A DNA stretch of 64,000 nucleotides from Candidatus Omnitrophota bacterium (GTDB lineage Bacteria > Omnitrophota > Gorgyraeia > JABMRN01 > RBG-13-46-9). The stretch covers positions 2,355 to 66,354 of the forward strand of contig JAUWBJ010000002.1 in assembly GCA_030605095.1 (NCBI GenBank), written 5' to 3'. Each line of letters opens with the position of its first letter. Position 1 is the stretch's first letter. This document shows positions 63,444 to 64,000 of this stretch, piece by piece. The position numbers and the translations under genes were made by a program. Below the pieces are notes generated by a model, which saw nothing but the letters and a program-made list of their open reading frames with translations, was not told the DNA's origin and searched no databases.

Positions 63444-64000
63444 TGTGACTCCTTTATTTTTTCAACCAACTCCAGGTTCAGCTTATGGCCGCTACGTATA
63501 GCGATTACCCTGCCTTTTATCGGTTTACCCAATAAATACAGGTCTCCTATTAAATCCAATACCTTATGCCTTACCGGCTCATCGGGGAATCTCAAGATAT
63601 TATCTATCGGGCCGTTTTTCGCCATAACCAACGTGTTCTTTAAATTAGCGCCCTTGCCATAACCCTGTCTCAAAAGAGAATTTACTTCTTCTTTGAGGCA
63701 AAATGTTCTCGCCGGCGCAATCTCTTTCTGAAACACTTCAGAATCTACTATGTCACTGAAAAATTGCCTTCCTATAGCAGGGCCGGGGTATTCCAATATG
63801 TAAGAAATCTTAAAAGTTTGGCTTGGAAATATGCCTAAAAAAGACTCTTTGTCTTCCACCCAAAGCGGTTTTTTAACCTCTATAAATTCTCGCTCACGTC
63901 TTTGAGTTTTTATGCCGACCGCTTTAAGAGCTTCTAAAAAGAGAATCGCACTTCCGTCTAACCCCGGTGGTTCGGAGCTCGTCAGTTCTATCCTTATATT
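63440..64000 (-). CDS. lpxC: UDP-3-O-acyl-GlcNAc deacetylase, C-terminal part (gene continues past the window end)
   Basis: HKVLDLIGDLYLLG motif. The frame stays open from 63860 to 64000 (…DGSAILFLEALKAVGI…). Confidence 0.8.
   Translation of the reverse strand, partial: NIRIELTSSEPPGLDGSAILFLEALKAVGIKTQRREREFIEVKKPLWVEDKESFLGIFPSQTFKISYILEYPGPAIGRQFFSDIVDSEVFQKEIAPARTFCLKEEVNSLLRQGYGKGANLKNTLVMAKNGPIDNILRFPDEPVRHKVLDLIGDLYLLGKPIKGRVIAIRSGHKLNLELVEKIKESQ

Overview
The window is an AT-rich (about 40% GC) bacterial chromosome segment. The gene content points to an anaerobic, diderm organism: a 4-subunit pyruvate:ferredoxin oxidoreductase (porGDAB), FeoAB, RtcB with archease, and lipid A genes (lpxL-like, msbA-like, lpxB, lpxI, fabZ, lpxC). 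Recognisable housekeeping genes include greA (3' end), acpP, infA, arfB, maf, pyk, recR, dnaX, tadA, trxB, argF, plsC, serS, frr, pyrH, tsf, rpsB and an rpsU missing from the ORF track.

The region is unusually rich in selfish and repeated elements:
- porB carries an in-frame LAGLIDADG intein inserted exactly at the TPP-binding GDGG motif.
- A tRNA-Lys(UUU) gene is split by a 287-nt group I intron with recognisable P/Q/R/S core elements. A LAGLIDADG endonuclease gene sits immediately upstream, flanked by a 32-nt duplicate of the tRNA 5' exon.
- A second LAGLIDADG gene next to tRNA-Ser(GCT) is interrupted by a single in-frame TAA.
- Four intergenic repeat families are present: an inverted-repeat element of about 115 bp that supplies the SD and GTG start for the downstream gene (2 copies); a tRNA-trailing hairpin (5 copies); a structured repeat of about 180 nt showing compensatory stem changes (2 copies); and a promoter-like element with tandem GGTGTTAAAA repeats (2 copies).

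The best candidate for a little-characterised system is a 657-aa fusion of an N-terminal PHP phosphoesterase domain to a RecF/OLD-type ABC ATPase (8363-10336). Downstream of it lie a triple GACANTGTC palindrome, a 118-aa unknown protein, a small membrane peptide, and a PD-(D/E)xK nuclease-like gene precisely flanked by 21-bp direct repeats. A mini nucleotidyltransferase/small-protein pair with a palindromic operator array (47681-48830) looks like a toxin-antitoxin module. No CRISPR array and no rRNA were seen.
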